From Candidatus Kapaibacterium sp. (GTDB lineage Bacteria; Bacteroidota; Ignavibacteria; Kapaibacteriales; UBA2268): DNA of 33,960 nucleotides. Position numbers and translations under genes: made by a program. Shown piece after piece: positions 15,986 to 24,850 of this stretch (position 1 is the stretch's first letter; each line of letters starts with the position of its first letter). The stretch lies in NCBI GenBank assembly GCA_017995735.1, contig JAGOIG010000002.1:1-33960 (forward strand), given 5' to 3'. A model generated the notes under the pieces. The model was given only the letters and a program-made list of their open reading frames with translations. It was not told where the DNA came from and ran no database searches.

Positions 15986-18748
15986 ATGCCAAAAATATAT
16001 TTAATTGATGGGATGTCGCTTGTGTATCGGGCGTATCATGTGATGGAGAGAGCAAATTTTCGTAATCCCGCAGGTATGCCGACAGGAGCTATATTTGGAT
16101 TTACAAATATTTTGACAAGTTTTCTCGAAAAGCAAAATCCCGAATATCTCTTAGTGGCGTTTGATACGCAAGAACCTACATTTCGCCATATTCAATTTGA
16201 AAATTATAAAGCAAATCGGCCCGAATTTCCAGAAGAACTGGCTTTGCAATTACCTAAAATTAAAAAATTGCTTGATTTGCTTGGCATTCCACGTTTTGAA
16301 AAACCTGGATTTGAGGCAGATGATATAATAGGTACTTTGGCTAAAAAATTTAGTATGTTAGGCAATGAAGTCTATTGCTTAACATCTGATAAAGATTTTT
16401 ATCAACTTATAGATGAAAATATTATGATTATTAAGCCAAAAGGACGTAATGATGAGGAATTCGACATAGTATCATTTGACCAAGTACAAGAAAAATTTGG
16501 TGTGACGCCTGATAAAGTGATTGATGTGCTCGCCATAATTGGCGATGCTGTTGATAATGTGCCAGGCGTTAAAGGTATTGGCGAAAAGACTGCAATTCCA
16601 CTTATTCAGCAATTTCATACTTTGGAAAATTTATATAATAATCTTGATAAAATTGACAAAGCCTCAATTCGCGAAAAATTAGCTCAATATAAAAACGAAG
16701 CATTTTTATCAAAGCAATTGGTCACGATTGATACTAATATGCCGATTGATCTATCTATTGATGATTTAAAGCGGAAGCCTATCGATTATAAAGAATTAGA
16801 TGATTTTTTCAAAGAGCTTGCTTTTACACGCATTAGAGCATTTTGGCAAGAAAAAGCCCGTCTTGAAGGTAGCAAGAACTTATATGAAAACAATATAAAA
16901 GAGTTGCCAAAAGAAATTTCACAATCAACCAATTATATACAAATAAATAATATTCAAGAACTTGATAATTTAATAAATGAATTAAATTCCACCAATTCTT
17001 TTGCTTTTGAAATAATTTATTCATCAAACGATAGACAGAATAATGAAATGCTTGCCTTAGCAATTGCATATAATAAATATTCCGCATACTTTATTAAATT
17101 TTCAAATGTTAAAAATGAAAATCAACTTTTTTCATACGACACTACAAATGTCAAAGATAATACCCATTTGTCGAGTGAAATTGTTTTAGATAAATTAAAT
17201 ACCATATTTTCAAATCCTAATATTCAAAAAATTGCAGATAACCTTAAATATCACAATTTTGTTTTGAAACGATATGGAAGCGAGATAAAAGGTAATCTTT
17301 TTGATCCAGTGATTGCATCATATTTGCTTAATCCCGATGATAATCATTCAATTGATGCAATATCTCAAAAATGGATTGATAAGGATTTGCCCGTATCTTT
17401 TAATTTCCAGAATAATAATAAATCGAATTCTACTTTTATTGATTACAATCTTGTATGCGAAAAAACGGTATATCTATTGCAATTAGCAGATATTTTGGAG
17501 AGTGAATTAGACAAAAATAATTTATTGAAATTAGCAAACGAAATAGAATTTCCGCTAATTAGTGTGCTTACAGATATGGAATATACAGGTGTGGCAATTG
17601 ATGTAAAAAATTTGCGAGAAAGTTCAGAGCAAATTGACACCGATCTCGCGCGATTACAAAAAGAAATTTATCGACTTGCGGGGATGGAATTCAATATTGA
17701 TTCACCAAAGCAATTGGGAAGCGTGCTATTTGAAAAATTAAATTTGCCAATTATAAAAAAGACCAAAACAGGCTACAGCACTGATATGGGGGTGCTGACC
17801 GAGCTTACGGGAGCCGACCCAATCATTAATTTGATTATTGATTATCGGCAATTGGCAAAATTAAAATCTACTTATATTGACGCATTGCCAAAATTAGTAA
17901 ATCCTCAAACCCACAAAATTCATACAACATATAATCAGACAATTGCGGCAACAGGCAGGCTTTCATCCACTGACCCAAATTTGCAGAACATACCTGTGCG
18001 TTCCGAGCTTGGTAGAGAAATTCGCAAAGCATTTGTGGCAAGCAATCCTGATGGATTATTGATTTCGGCTGATTATTCGCAAATAGAGCTACGAGTGATG
18101 GCATATTTTTCACAAGATCCAAATTTAATTCAAGCATTTAAGGAAGGCAAGGATATTCACGCGGCTACAGCAGCCAAGCTTTTTTCAATTGATATAGGCA
18201 AAGTTGATTCGGAAATGCGGCGGACAGCTAAAACAGTAAATTTCGGAATTATGTATGGGCTTGGTCCTTATGGGCTTTCGCAAAGGTTGAGAATCCCTAA
18301 AAAAGATGCTGAAACAATCATTTCAAATTATTTTAATCAATTTCCGAATATTAAAAAATATATTGATAATACAATAGAATCTACACGCAAAAAAGGTTAT
18401 GCGGAAACAATGCTTGGACGAAGGCGATATTTCACAGATATTTCAAGTAAAAATTCAAATATTCGCTCGGCAGCTGAACGTGCAGCAATCAATCACCCAA
18501 TTCAAGGCACAGCAGCCGATATGATAAAAATTGCTATGATAAATATTTATAATGAGTTAAATAGATTAAATTTCAAAAGCAAAATGATTTTGCAAATTCA
18601 TGATGAACTTTTATTTGATGCAATCGTTAATGAAACAGAAGAATTAAAGCAAGTAATAAATAAATTAATGAGTAACGCATTGCCACTTGGAGATATTCCA
18701 ATTTCAGTCGATATTGGAGTGGGGAAAAATTGGTTTGATGCTCATTAA
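15986..18748 (+). CDS. polA: DNA polymerase I
   Basis: 920 aa. It has a 5' nuclease domain (LIDGMSLVYRAYH, GIPRFEKPGFEADDIIG), polymerase motif A DYSQIELRVMA, motif B RRTAKTVNFGIMYG and motif C LQIHDELLF. Confidence 0.97.
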   Translation: MPKIYLIDGMSLVYRAYHVMERANFRNPAGMPTGAIFGFTNILTSFLEKQNPEYLLVAFDTQEPTFRHIQFENYKANRPEFPEELALQLPKIKKLLDLLGIPRFEKPGFEADDIIGTLAKKFSMLGNEVYCLTSDKDFYQLIDENIMIIKPKGRNDEEFDIVSFDQVQEKFGVTPDKVIDVLAIIGDAVDNVPGVKGIGEKTAIPLIQQFHTLENLYNNLDKIDKASIREKLAQYKNEAFLSKQLVTIDTNMPIDLSIDDLKRKPIDYKELDDFFKELAFTRIRAFWQEKARLEGSKNLYENNIKELPKEISQSTNYIQINNIQELDNLINELNSTNSFAFEIIYSSNDRQNNEMLALAIAYNKYSAYFIKFSNVKNENQLFSYDTTNVKDNTHLSSEIVLDKLNTIFSNPNIQKIADNLKYHNFVLKRYGSEIKGNLFDPVIASYLLNPDDNHSIDAISQKWIDKDLPVSFNFQNNNKSNSTFIDYNLVCEKTVYLLQLADILESELDKNNLLKLANEIEFPLISVLTDMEYTGVAIDVKNLRESSEQIDTDLARLQKEIYRLAGMEFNIDSPKQLGSVLFEKLNLPIIKKTKTGYSTDMGVLTELTGADPIINLIIDYRQLAKLKSTYIDALPKLVNPQTHKIHTTYNQTIAATGRLSSTDPNLQNIPVRSELGREIRKAFVASNPDGLLISADYSQIELRVMAYFSQDPNLIQAFKEGKDIHAATAAKLFSIDIGKVDSEMRRTAKTVNFGIMYGLGPYGLSQRLRIPKKDAETIISNYFNQFPNIKKYIDNTIESTRKKGYAETMLGRRRYFTDISSKNSNIRSAAERAAINHPIQGTAADMIKIAMINIYNELNRLNFKSKMILQIHDELLFDAIVNETEELKQVINKLMSNALPLGDIPISVDIGVGKNWFDAH

Positions 18749-18878
18749 AAAATTATATACTATTATTATATGTTTATTTGTAATTTTGTTATATTTGATT
18801 TTTATAATAGTTTTATAAATTTTTTTAAATAAAAAAATTGAAGGAAAATCGAATTTTAAAAAATTTTAAAATTTTTTT

Positions 18879-18927
18879 GAAATTTTTTTAAAAAAGTGTA
18901 ACTTTTTTGATTTTCGATTGTCTTATA
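18879..18927 (+). promoter_or_regulatory. Candidate ECF-sigma-type promoter (TGTAAC-N16-TGTC) upstream of the 1924-aa T9SS cargo gene; copy B of the shared element
   Basis: TGTAAC is at 18897-18902 and TGTC at 18919-18922, with a 16-nt spacer, 61 nt before the ATG at 18984. It is preceded by helically phased A/T tracts, including a perfect tandem AATTTTAAAA x2 at 18852-18871. Confidence 0.45.
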
Positions 18928-18983
18928 GTTATATAAAAGTGCAAAATTGAAAAAATATCTTTAAAAATAAAAGGATTTAAATT

Positions 18984-21900
18984 ATGAGAAAGACAAACAA
19001 TTTTAAGAGTGGGTGGGTAAAGCAAATTCTTCTATTAGTGTTTTTGCTTGCAAGCCTGCCGACAATGCAATCTTTTGCACAGCTACCTAATTACAGTAGC
19101 TATTGCAAACCAAATCAAGGCATCCCAACATGGGAGTGGGGGTATGTATATTGCTGGCCCGCATATTATCCAATAATGTATGGATATGATCCGTATTACG
19201 GCTCATTGGTTGAAAATGTGCAAATCTACGACCAAAGTGGGAGCTTGATATTTCAAAATCACACATCACCTAATGTTTACCCCGATATAACTTGCTACAA
19301 ATATTATTTTCCAAGTTCAAATATTGAATTATCTGTGGGAGCAACATATAGGTTCCGTTTCACTTTTGCTCATATCTATGGGTTTATGGCATATTATTGC
19401 TATTACGGTTGGAGTGGTACTTGGTTTAACAGATTATTCATCGATTGGAATAAGGACGCAGATTTCAAGGATCAGAATCCTGACGAATGGGTTAATCGTC
19501 CCGGTGGGCTTTATTCGAATCCATCTTGGAATCATACAACCAATTCGTGGGGACCGCAATGCCCGAATTTGGATGTTGTTGAATATAATATTACAATACC
19601 CGATAATCTTGAGCCGGGTACCACACTAATGCGTGTTATGACATCTATCTGGAATCCTTATGATGCAACTTGGCCTCTTCCACCAACTCTGTTGTATGGC
19701 TATTATGATCCTTATGGGGCAAGTGCTTGCCATAATGGAGTGATGTATGATTATAATGGCTTAGGATATGGTAATTATGGCTATGTATATAACTATGGGG
19801 AAATTGAGGATTATAATATAGAACTATTATTGCCTGTAAAGAATTCATTTCCCGCAAATGAAGATTTGCTGTATGCAGGAGAACTTTATAACGGAACAAC
19901 GAGGACAAAATATGATGAAAATGGAAAACCATACAATTATTTATACAAGAAACCATTTGTAGAATTTTACAGCGCTCAAAAACCTGGGACACAAATCCGA
20001 TATGAAATAACAGGACCATTGCCTGAGAACAATTCAGTATATTTAGCATTGGACCCTGCCACAAATTCAGACTGGATTAATATGGCGGGATTAAAATATT
20101 ATGAGATCCAGAAAGCAACGGGATTATGTGCACCTGGCGGGAATGGGGATTTTATGTATAATCACGGCGGCCAATTTGTATTGACAATAACAGTACGGCA
20201 ACCTGGAACAACGGACAAATCAGTAAAAGTACCATTTACGGTATCGTGGGAGAATGATTTATCGGTCTATACAATTGTATCACCAAGGGCAGTTGGTGCA
20301 CCTGATTATTTTCAATATCCAAGGAATCTTGATCTTGCTGTGACGGTGCAATTCCAGAATCTTGGAATTAGCAATGTTACACGTTTCAAAGCAACAGCAA
20401 TTATTACCGACCCGAGTGGTAATCCATTTAAAACAATTTCTTACACATATGATACAGCAAATGGTGAAAAAGTGTTAAAGCGTGGGGATATAGCAGTTGT
20501 AAATATCGGTACGGTTTCCCCTGTTGATGTAGGTTATTATAAAATAGTTGTATCTGTTCAATTGTTGAGTGGAACCGATATGGATTCATATAATGATAGA
20601 TACAGAAGGGTTGACCAGCCTGATTATTATTTTTCTGTCCAATGGAATTTCAATGGTGTCGCTTCAGAAATCAGATTTCCAAAAGCAACGGACCAGGTAA
20701 TAGTGCACAGGCCATTTAGACCTATTGGCTTTGTTAAGAATGGGGGATTGAATGATTTAAGCGATGTAGTAGCCACATTCGAATATTGGCCACAATCTGG
20801 CGGGGAGCATAAGACAGTGCAAACGATAATTAAGAATGTACCATCGCCTGCAAGTGCCAATTATGCATATGCTACATTTCCAAGTATAATAATCGATAAT
20901 GCAGGTTCGTACCATTGTGTTTTTAAAATTATAGTGCCGGGCGATGAATACGAAAGCGATAATACGATAGAAGGCGATTTTACTGTAAAGGAGGGATTAT
21001 CGGGAATATATACAATAGGGACAATGAACAGCGGACAATCAAACAATTTCAATACTATCAATGAGGCATTGAATGCATTATATTTGCAAGGTTTAACAGG
21101 GTCAGTTGTGTTTGAATTTACAGATGATACATATGAAATAGCATCACCGTGGTCCGATAGGCCTGCATTCGATTTGTCAAGTGCAATACTTGGATTGGGA
21201 TATGATGCATCGACTAACACAACAAGGACGCTAACATTTAGACCATCAGCAGATAAAAGTGCAACATATTCAAGTGTGACTATTAATTTACGCTCAGCAA
21301 ACGGCAAAGGTGTATTTTTTGGCCAATCACTTATGAATATGAACCAAAATGCTATAATTAATCAAAATATTGAACAAGAGCTAATACCACAATATGCAGA
21401 GAATGGTGGGTTTATTACATTTGATGGCGGGAGCGAAAAGTCCTTAAGATTTGTTTTATATAGTACTAATAAATACCATGGAGCGGCATTTTATTTGGGC
21501 AAAGGTTCACACGATATTACAATAAAAAATTGTATTGTAGAGAATGGAACAGACCAGATTGCAACGAATCATTGGTTGCCAAGAATTACTTATAATGTTG
21601 CAGATGGATTTATATCGCAAGATGATAGCACTGTAACTGTAAATGGAATCTATGGATATAGCGCAGGAATTGTCAATCGAGCAAGTCATCCAATTGCCCA
21701 GAAAGATAAATCAGCAAATTTGCCATTAGATCCAAACTATAATAATGTAATTACAGGAAATGAAATCAAAGGATTCGGTTTGGGTATTATTTCAGTTGGT
21801 ATGGGGGTAGGACTTGATGAGAATGGTGGATTTACTCCAAAATACAATCATAATAATATAATTAAAGATAATAAGATCAATAGAGTGGATTATGCGGGCA

Positions 21901-24758
21901 TCTATGTCGGTTATGAAAACAATACTGTTGTTGAACATAATACAATATTTAAAGTAAAAGGGACTACGGGTGAAGCATATGGAATATTAGCGGGGATACC
22001 TTCATCGGGGAATTATTATGGAACTAATAATATTAACTTGAGAATAAATTCCAATCAAATAAGCAATTTATCATCAGGTTCAATTGCAGTAGGTATTCGT
22101 GGTATTCAGAGTCAATTAGATTTAATTGGTTCCACAGGTGAATTAATATTGCCAAATGGGGAGGACAATTTAAATATATATTCAAATGTGATATGGGATG
22201 TGAAAGCAACAAACAACAACGCTTTGCGTGGCGGTATTTATGTTGCAAGCGAGCGTAAAAATGATAATAGTCTCGATATTCCAAAAGTTAATAATTACTT
22301 TATTGATAATCTTAATGTATCAAATAACACAGTTATAATAGCAAATGATAGTTATTCTAATTTTGCAAATGCAGGTATTGCAGTGCAGAATGTGAAGAAT
22401 TCAAAGTTAATGAACAATGCAATATCGCTTCAAGATAATAAAGTAGCATCATATGCATATTGTAATAGTGCAATATTATATATGGGGTTATTCCCGGCCA
22501 CAAGTTCGTTAGATATAAATAATAATGTTTATTGGGTAGCTCAGGGAGCGACGGTATCAAGATTTATTGAAACAAATGCAAATTCAGAAATTCTTGAAGA
22601 AGGCGATTTGAATGAATTCCCGACATTAGCACAATGGGCATTATGGACGGGAATGGATGAAAATTCTATTGATAATTATAATATTTTAAATGATTATGTA
22701 ATTTCAGGATATGATCCAGAAACTATAAATATAAAGAGCAATCCAATACCGACGGGGTCGGTATTAAATAATCGAGGTGTGAGATTGAGTGAAGTAGCGG
22801 TGGATTTATTTGAAAATCCACGCGGAACTCAGAATCAAGCTTACGACATAGGTGCAATAGAATTTAATGGTATTCCTTATGTAAAAGATTTGCAACCATA
22901 TGGCATCATTATGCAGAATGCGAAGAAAGAAGTATCGCCATCATTATATTCAGACGCTTTCTATTATATGATGGGAAGAAAGATAGATTTCCAAGCAAGA
23001 ATTTATAATGCAGGAGCTAGTGCACAATCGCAAGTTCCAATTAACATTACAATTAGTGTTCAGAATCCTGATGGAACATTTTCAAGTTATGTTTCAGAGC
23101 AAACAAAAATTCCAATAGTTAATCCATCATCGTTTGCTGATATAAAGTTCAATTTAGATGATGAAATAGGGACAGAATTTGCACCAAAGACCTATTATGA
23201 ATTAAATGCTGAAAGACAAGCAGCAGGATTACCGCTTTATACCATTCCAACGATATTTGCTCCAATGTCAGCAAATGTTACGCCAATTTATAAAGTTACA
23301 ATTTCAGTACCATTAGACCAGAATAATGAGAATAATACAATAAGTTATGATTTCCGTTATTTTGTTTTGCGTTCTCCTATTAAATTACTAACTATGTCAA
23401 ATAGCGATAAAACCGATATAAGTGGGGCACCCACTAAGGATGAGCTAGCAATCAAGTTAAATAATAGCGCATTAGACAAAGCTTTCAATGATATGGAGTG
23501 GTATATTGATTATACAACTGGCAAATTTGACTATGATTACTTATATATTGATGGATGGATGCCTAAGGCATTGAATTTCAACAACTACAATTCACTTGTA
23601 TTGAGCGACCGTGATTACGAAGCATCGGGTAATAATTTAACAACATATCAAATGAGATCATTGCGAAGTTTCTTAGAGTCAGGCAAAAGCGGTGCAAAGA
23701 AGAATTTGATTATTGCAAGTCAAGAATTAGCAAGATTGAACAGAAGTGGTGATAATCAGATATTCTTGAATCAATATTTCAAATTGAACAACCACTATCC
23801 ATCAAATCCAATGGGGTTAAATGGAAATTATGATGGATACACAGTTAAGGGAGTTTCAATCGCAAAGAATTTCAATTTGAAAGTGCAATCGACAGGGGTC
23901 ACAGGCGATGACTATCCAAAACCGGCGCTATTGATGATGGTAAACGCAATTCCAAATCAAACATTTATTGGATTTATTTATAACACATTGGAACAGGGTA
24001 AGAATGGTGAAAACGATACTGACCCATATCCAAATTCTGAAAGAATTATGTCGATTGCAACTACAACACTACAATATAATGCAATATATTTAGGCGTTGA
24101 TTGGAGGCATTTCGAGAAGCCAGAATTCGCATTAAGAGCTGTAAGCGACTTTATTGAAAGCAATGGCGGCAATCTTGTTCCAATTGAATTGCTATCGTTT
24201 GATGCAATTCAAGCAGGCAATCGAGTGGATTTGAATTGGGCAACAGCAAGCGAGACAAATTCATTGAAATTTGAACTTGAAAAAGCAGATATTACGAATA
24301 CATCACTAGCAGATTATGTGAAATTCAGCGAAATGCCCGCATCAGGATTATCAATTGATACAAAGAAATATGGTCCGGTGAATGATTATGATGTTATTTT
24401 TGGTCATACTTACTCATATCGATTGAGGATGATCGACAGAGACGGCAAGTCATTATATAGCGACGCAAAGAAGGTTACGATTGAAGGACAAGTAAATGGC
24501 ATCAATATTACAGATATATTGCCAAATCCTGCAACTGACATTGCAAAATTTGAACTTGTTATAGAAAATGGAGCGAGTATTGATCTTGCATTATATGATA
24601 TGAGCGGACGCAGAGTGGAAACATTGCTATCAGGCAACCAAAATGCAGGACGATATCCAATTAATATTGATTGCAAACAACTTGCTAACGGCACATATTC
24701 ATTAATATTAACATCAGGCGATGCTGCAATTACAAAGACATTTCAAATAAATAAATAA
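18984..24758 (+). CDS. Giant secreted T9SS cargo protein (1924 aa): N-terminal GEVED domain, CARDB-like Ig domains, right-handed parallel beta-helix, Por-type C-terminal sorting domain
   Basis: The signal peptide is MRKTNNFKSGWVKQILLLVFLLASLPTMQSFAQ. The GEVED-type domain spans aa ~38-282 (LFIDWNKDADF, ITIPDNLEPGTTLMRVM, YGEIEDYNIELL). CARDB-like segments start with DLSVYTIVSP.. and DLQPYGIIMQ... Beta-helix repeats lie at ~21500-22545 (NNVITGNEIKG, NIIKDNKINRV, NTVVEHNTIF, NNTVIIAND). The CTD occupies 24507-24755 (ITDILPNPATD...TYSLILTSGDAAITKTFQINK). Confidence 0.9.
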   Translation: MRKTNNFKSGWVKQILLLVFLLASLPTMQSFAQLPNYSSYCKPNQGIPTWEWGYVYCWPAYYPIMYGYDPYYGSLVENVQIYDQSGSLIFQNHTSPNVYPDITCYKYYFPSSNIELSVGATYRFRFTFAHIYGFMAYYCYYGWSGTWFNRLFIDWNKDADFKDQNPDEWVNRPGGLYSNPSWNHTTNSWGPQCPNLDVVEYNITIPDNLEPGTTLMRVMTSIWNPYDATWPLPPTLLYGYYDPYGASACHNGVMYDYNGLGYGNYGYVYNYGEIEDYNIELLLPVKNSFPANEDLLYAGELYNGTTRTKYDENGKPYNYLYKKPFVEFYSAQKPGTQIRYEITGPLPENNSVYLALDPATNSDWINMAGLKYYEIQKATGLCAPGGNGDFMYNHGGQFVLTITVRQPGTTDKSVKVPFTVSWENDLSVYTIVSPRAVGAPDYFQYPRNLDLAVTVQFQNLGISNVTRFKATAIITDPSGNPFKTISYTYDTANGEKVLKRGDIAVVNIGTVSPVDVGYYKIVVSVQLLSGTDMDSYNDRYRRVDQPDYYFSVQWNFNGVASEIRFPKATDQVIVHRPFRPIGFVKNGGLNDLSDVVATFEYWPQSGGEHKTVQTIIKNVPSPASANYAYATFPSIIIDNAGSYHCVFKIIVPGDEYESDNTIEGDFTVKEGLSGIYTIGTMNSGQSNNFNTINEALNALYLQGLTGSVVFEFTDDTYEIASPWSDRPAFDLSSAILGLGYDASTNTTRTLTFRPSADKSATYSSVTINLRSANGKGVFFGQSLMNMNQNAIINQNIEQELIPQYAENGGFITFDGGSEKSLRFVLYSTNKYHGAAFYLGKGSHDITIKNCIVENGTDQIATNHWLPRITYNVADGFISQDDSTVTVNGIYGYSAGIVNRASHPIAQKDKSANLPLDPNYNNVITGNEIKGFGLGIISVGMGVGLDENGGFTPKYNHNNIIKDNKINRVDYAGIYVGYENNTVVEHNTIFKVKGTTGEAYGILAGIPSSGNYYGTNNINLRINSNQISNLSSGSIAVGIRGIQSQLDLIGSTGELILPNGEDNLNIYSNVIWDVKATNNNALRGGIYVASERKNDNSLDIPKVNNYFIDNLNVSNNTVIIANDSYSNFANAGIAVQNVKNSKLMNNAISLQDNKVASYAYCNSAILYMGLFPATSSLDINNNVYWVAQGATVSRFIETNANSEILEEGDLNEFPTLAQWALWTGMDENSIDNYNILNDYVISGYDPETINIKSNPIPTGSVLNNRGVRLSEVAVDLFENPRGTQNQAYDIGAIEFNGIPYVKDLQPYGIIMQNAKKEVSPSLYSDAFYYMMGRKIDFQARIYNAGASAQSQVPINITISVQNPDGTFSSYVSEQTKIPIVNPSSFADIKFNLDDEIGTEFAPKTYYELNAERQAAGLPLYTIPTIFAPMSANVTPIYKVTISVPLDQNNENNTISYDFRYFVLRSPIKLLTMSNSDKTDISGAPTKDELAIKLNNSALDKAFNDMEWYIDYTTGKFDYDYLYIDGWMPKALNFNNYNSLVLSDRDYEASGNNLTTYQMRSLRSFLESGKSGAKKNLIIASQELARLNRSGDNQIFLNQYFKLNNHYPSNPMGLNGNYDGYTVKGVSIAKNFNLKVQSTGVTGDDYPKPALLMMVNAIPNQTFIGFIYNTLEQGKNGENDTDPYPNSERIMSIATTTLQYNAIYLGVDWRHFEKPEFALRAVSDFIESNGGNLVPIELLSFDAIQAGNRVDLNWATASETNSLKFELEKADITNTSLADYVKFSEMPASGLSIDTKKYGPVNDYDVIFGHTYSYRLRMIDRDGKSLYSDAKKVTIEGQVNGINITDILPNPATDIAKFELVIENGASIDLALYDMSGRRVETLLSGNQNAGRYPINIDCKQLANGTYSLILTSGDAAITKTFQINK

Positions 24759-24786
24759 TTCTTTAATAATTGCATAAACATTCTCT

Positions 24787-24817
24787 AACCTCCCTTGAAA
24801 AAGGGAGGTTTTTATTT
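24787..24817 (+). terminator. Rho-independent terminator downstream of the 1924-aa gene
   Basis: A perfect 10-bp stem, AACCTCCCTT (24787-24796) pairing with AAGGGAGGTT (24801-24810), encloses a GAAA tetraloop and is followed by TTTATTT. Confidence 0.8.
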
Positions 24818-24850
24818 AAAATATGTTAATTTTGAAAAAATAATTAAGAT

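Noticed and set aside
11031-18927. The inverted pair of ~50-nt elements could mark an invertible segment or composite mobile element
   Set aside because: The enclosed 7.8 kb holds only core genes (fpr, coaD, aconitase, polA) and no recombinase or transposase. Each copy sits at the same distance and orientation upstream of an outward-facing T9SS cargo gene. That fits promoters better than recombination sites.
18749-18983. Long AT-rich intergenic regions (18749-18983 and 32770-32917) as candidate ncRNA or riboswitch loci
   Set aside because: They contain no GC-supported helices or recognisable riboswitch cores. The composition is almost pure A/T, consistent with promoter or curved DNA. Only the TGTAAC-N16-TGTC element stands out, and it is reported separately.
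19645-21307. Minus-strand ORFs of 77-148 aa inside the 1924-aa gene (19645-20064, 20627-20860, 20861-21307). Similar antisense or out-of-frame ORFs occur inside other genes (5194-5568, 7744-8169, 15090-15428, 32007-32351).
   Set aside because: All are fully embedded in long ORFs that have strong family signatures on the other strand or frame. None has a recognisable motif or an RBS. They are typical shadow ORFs.
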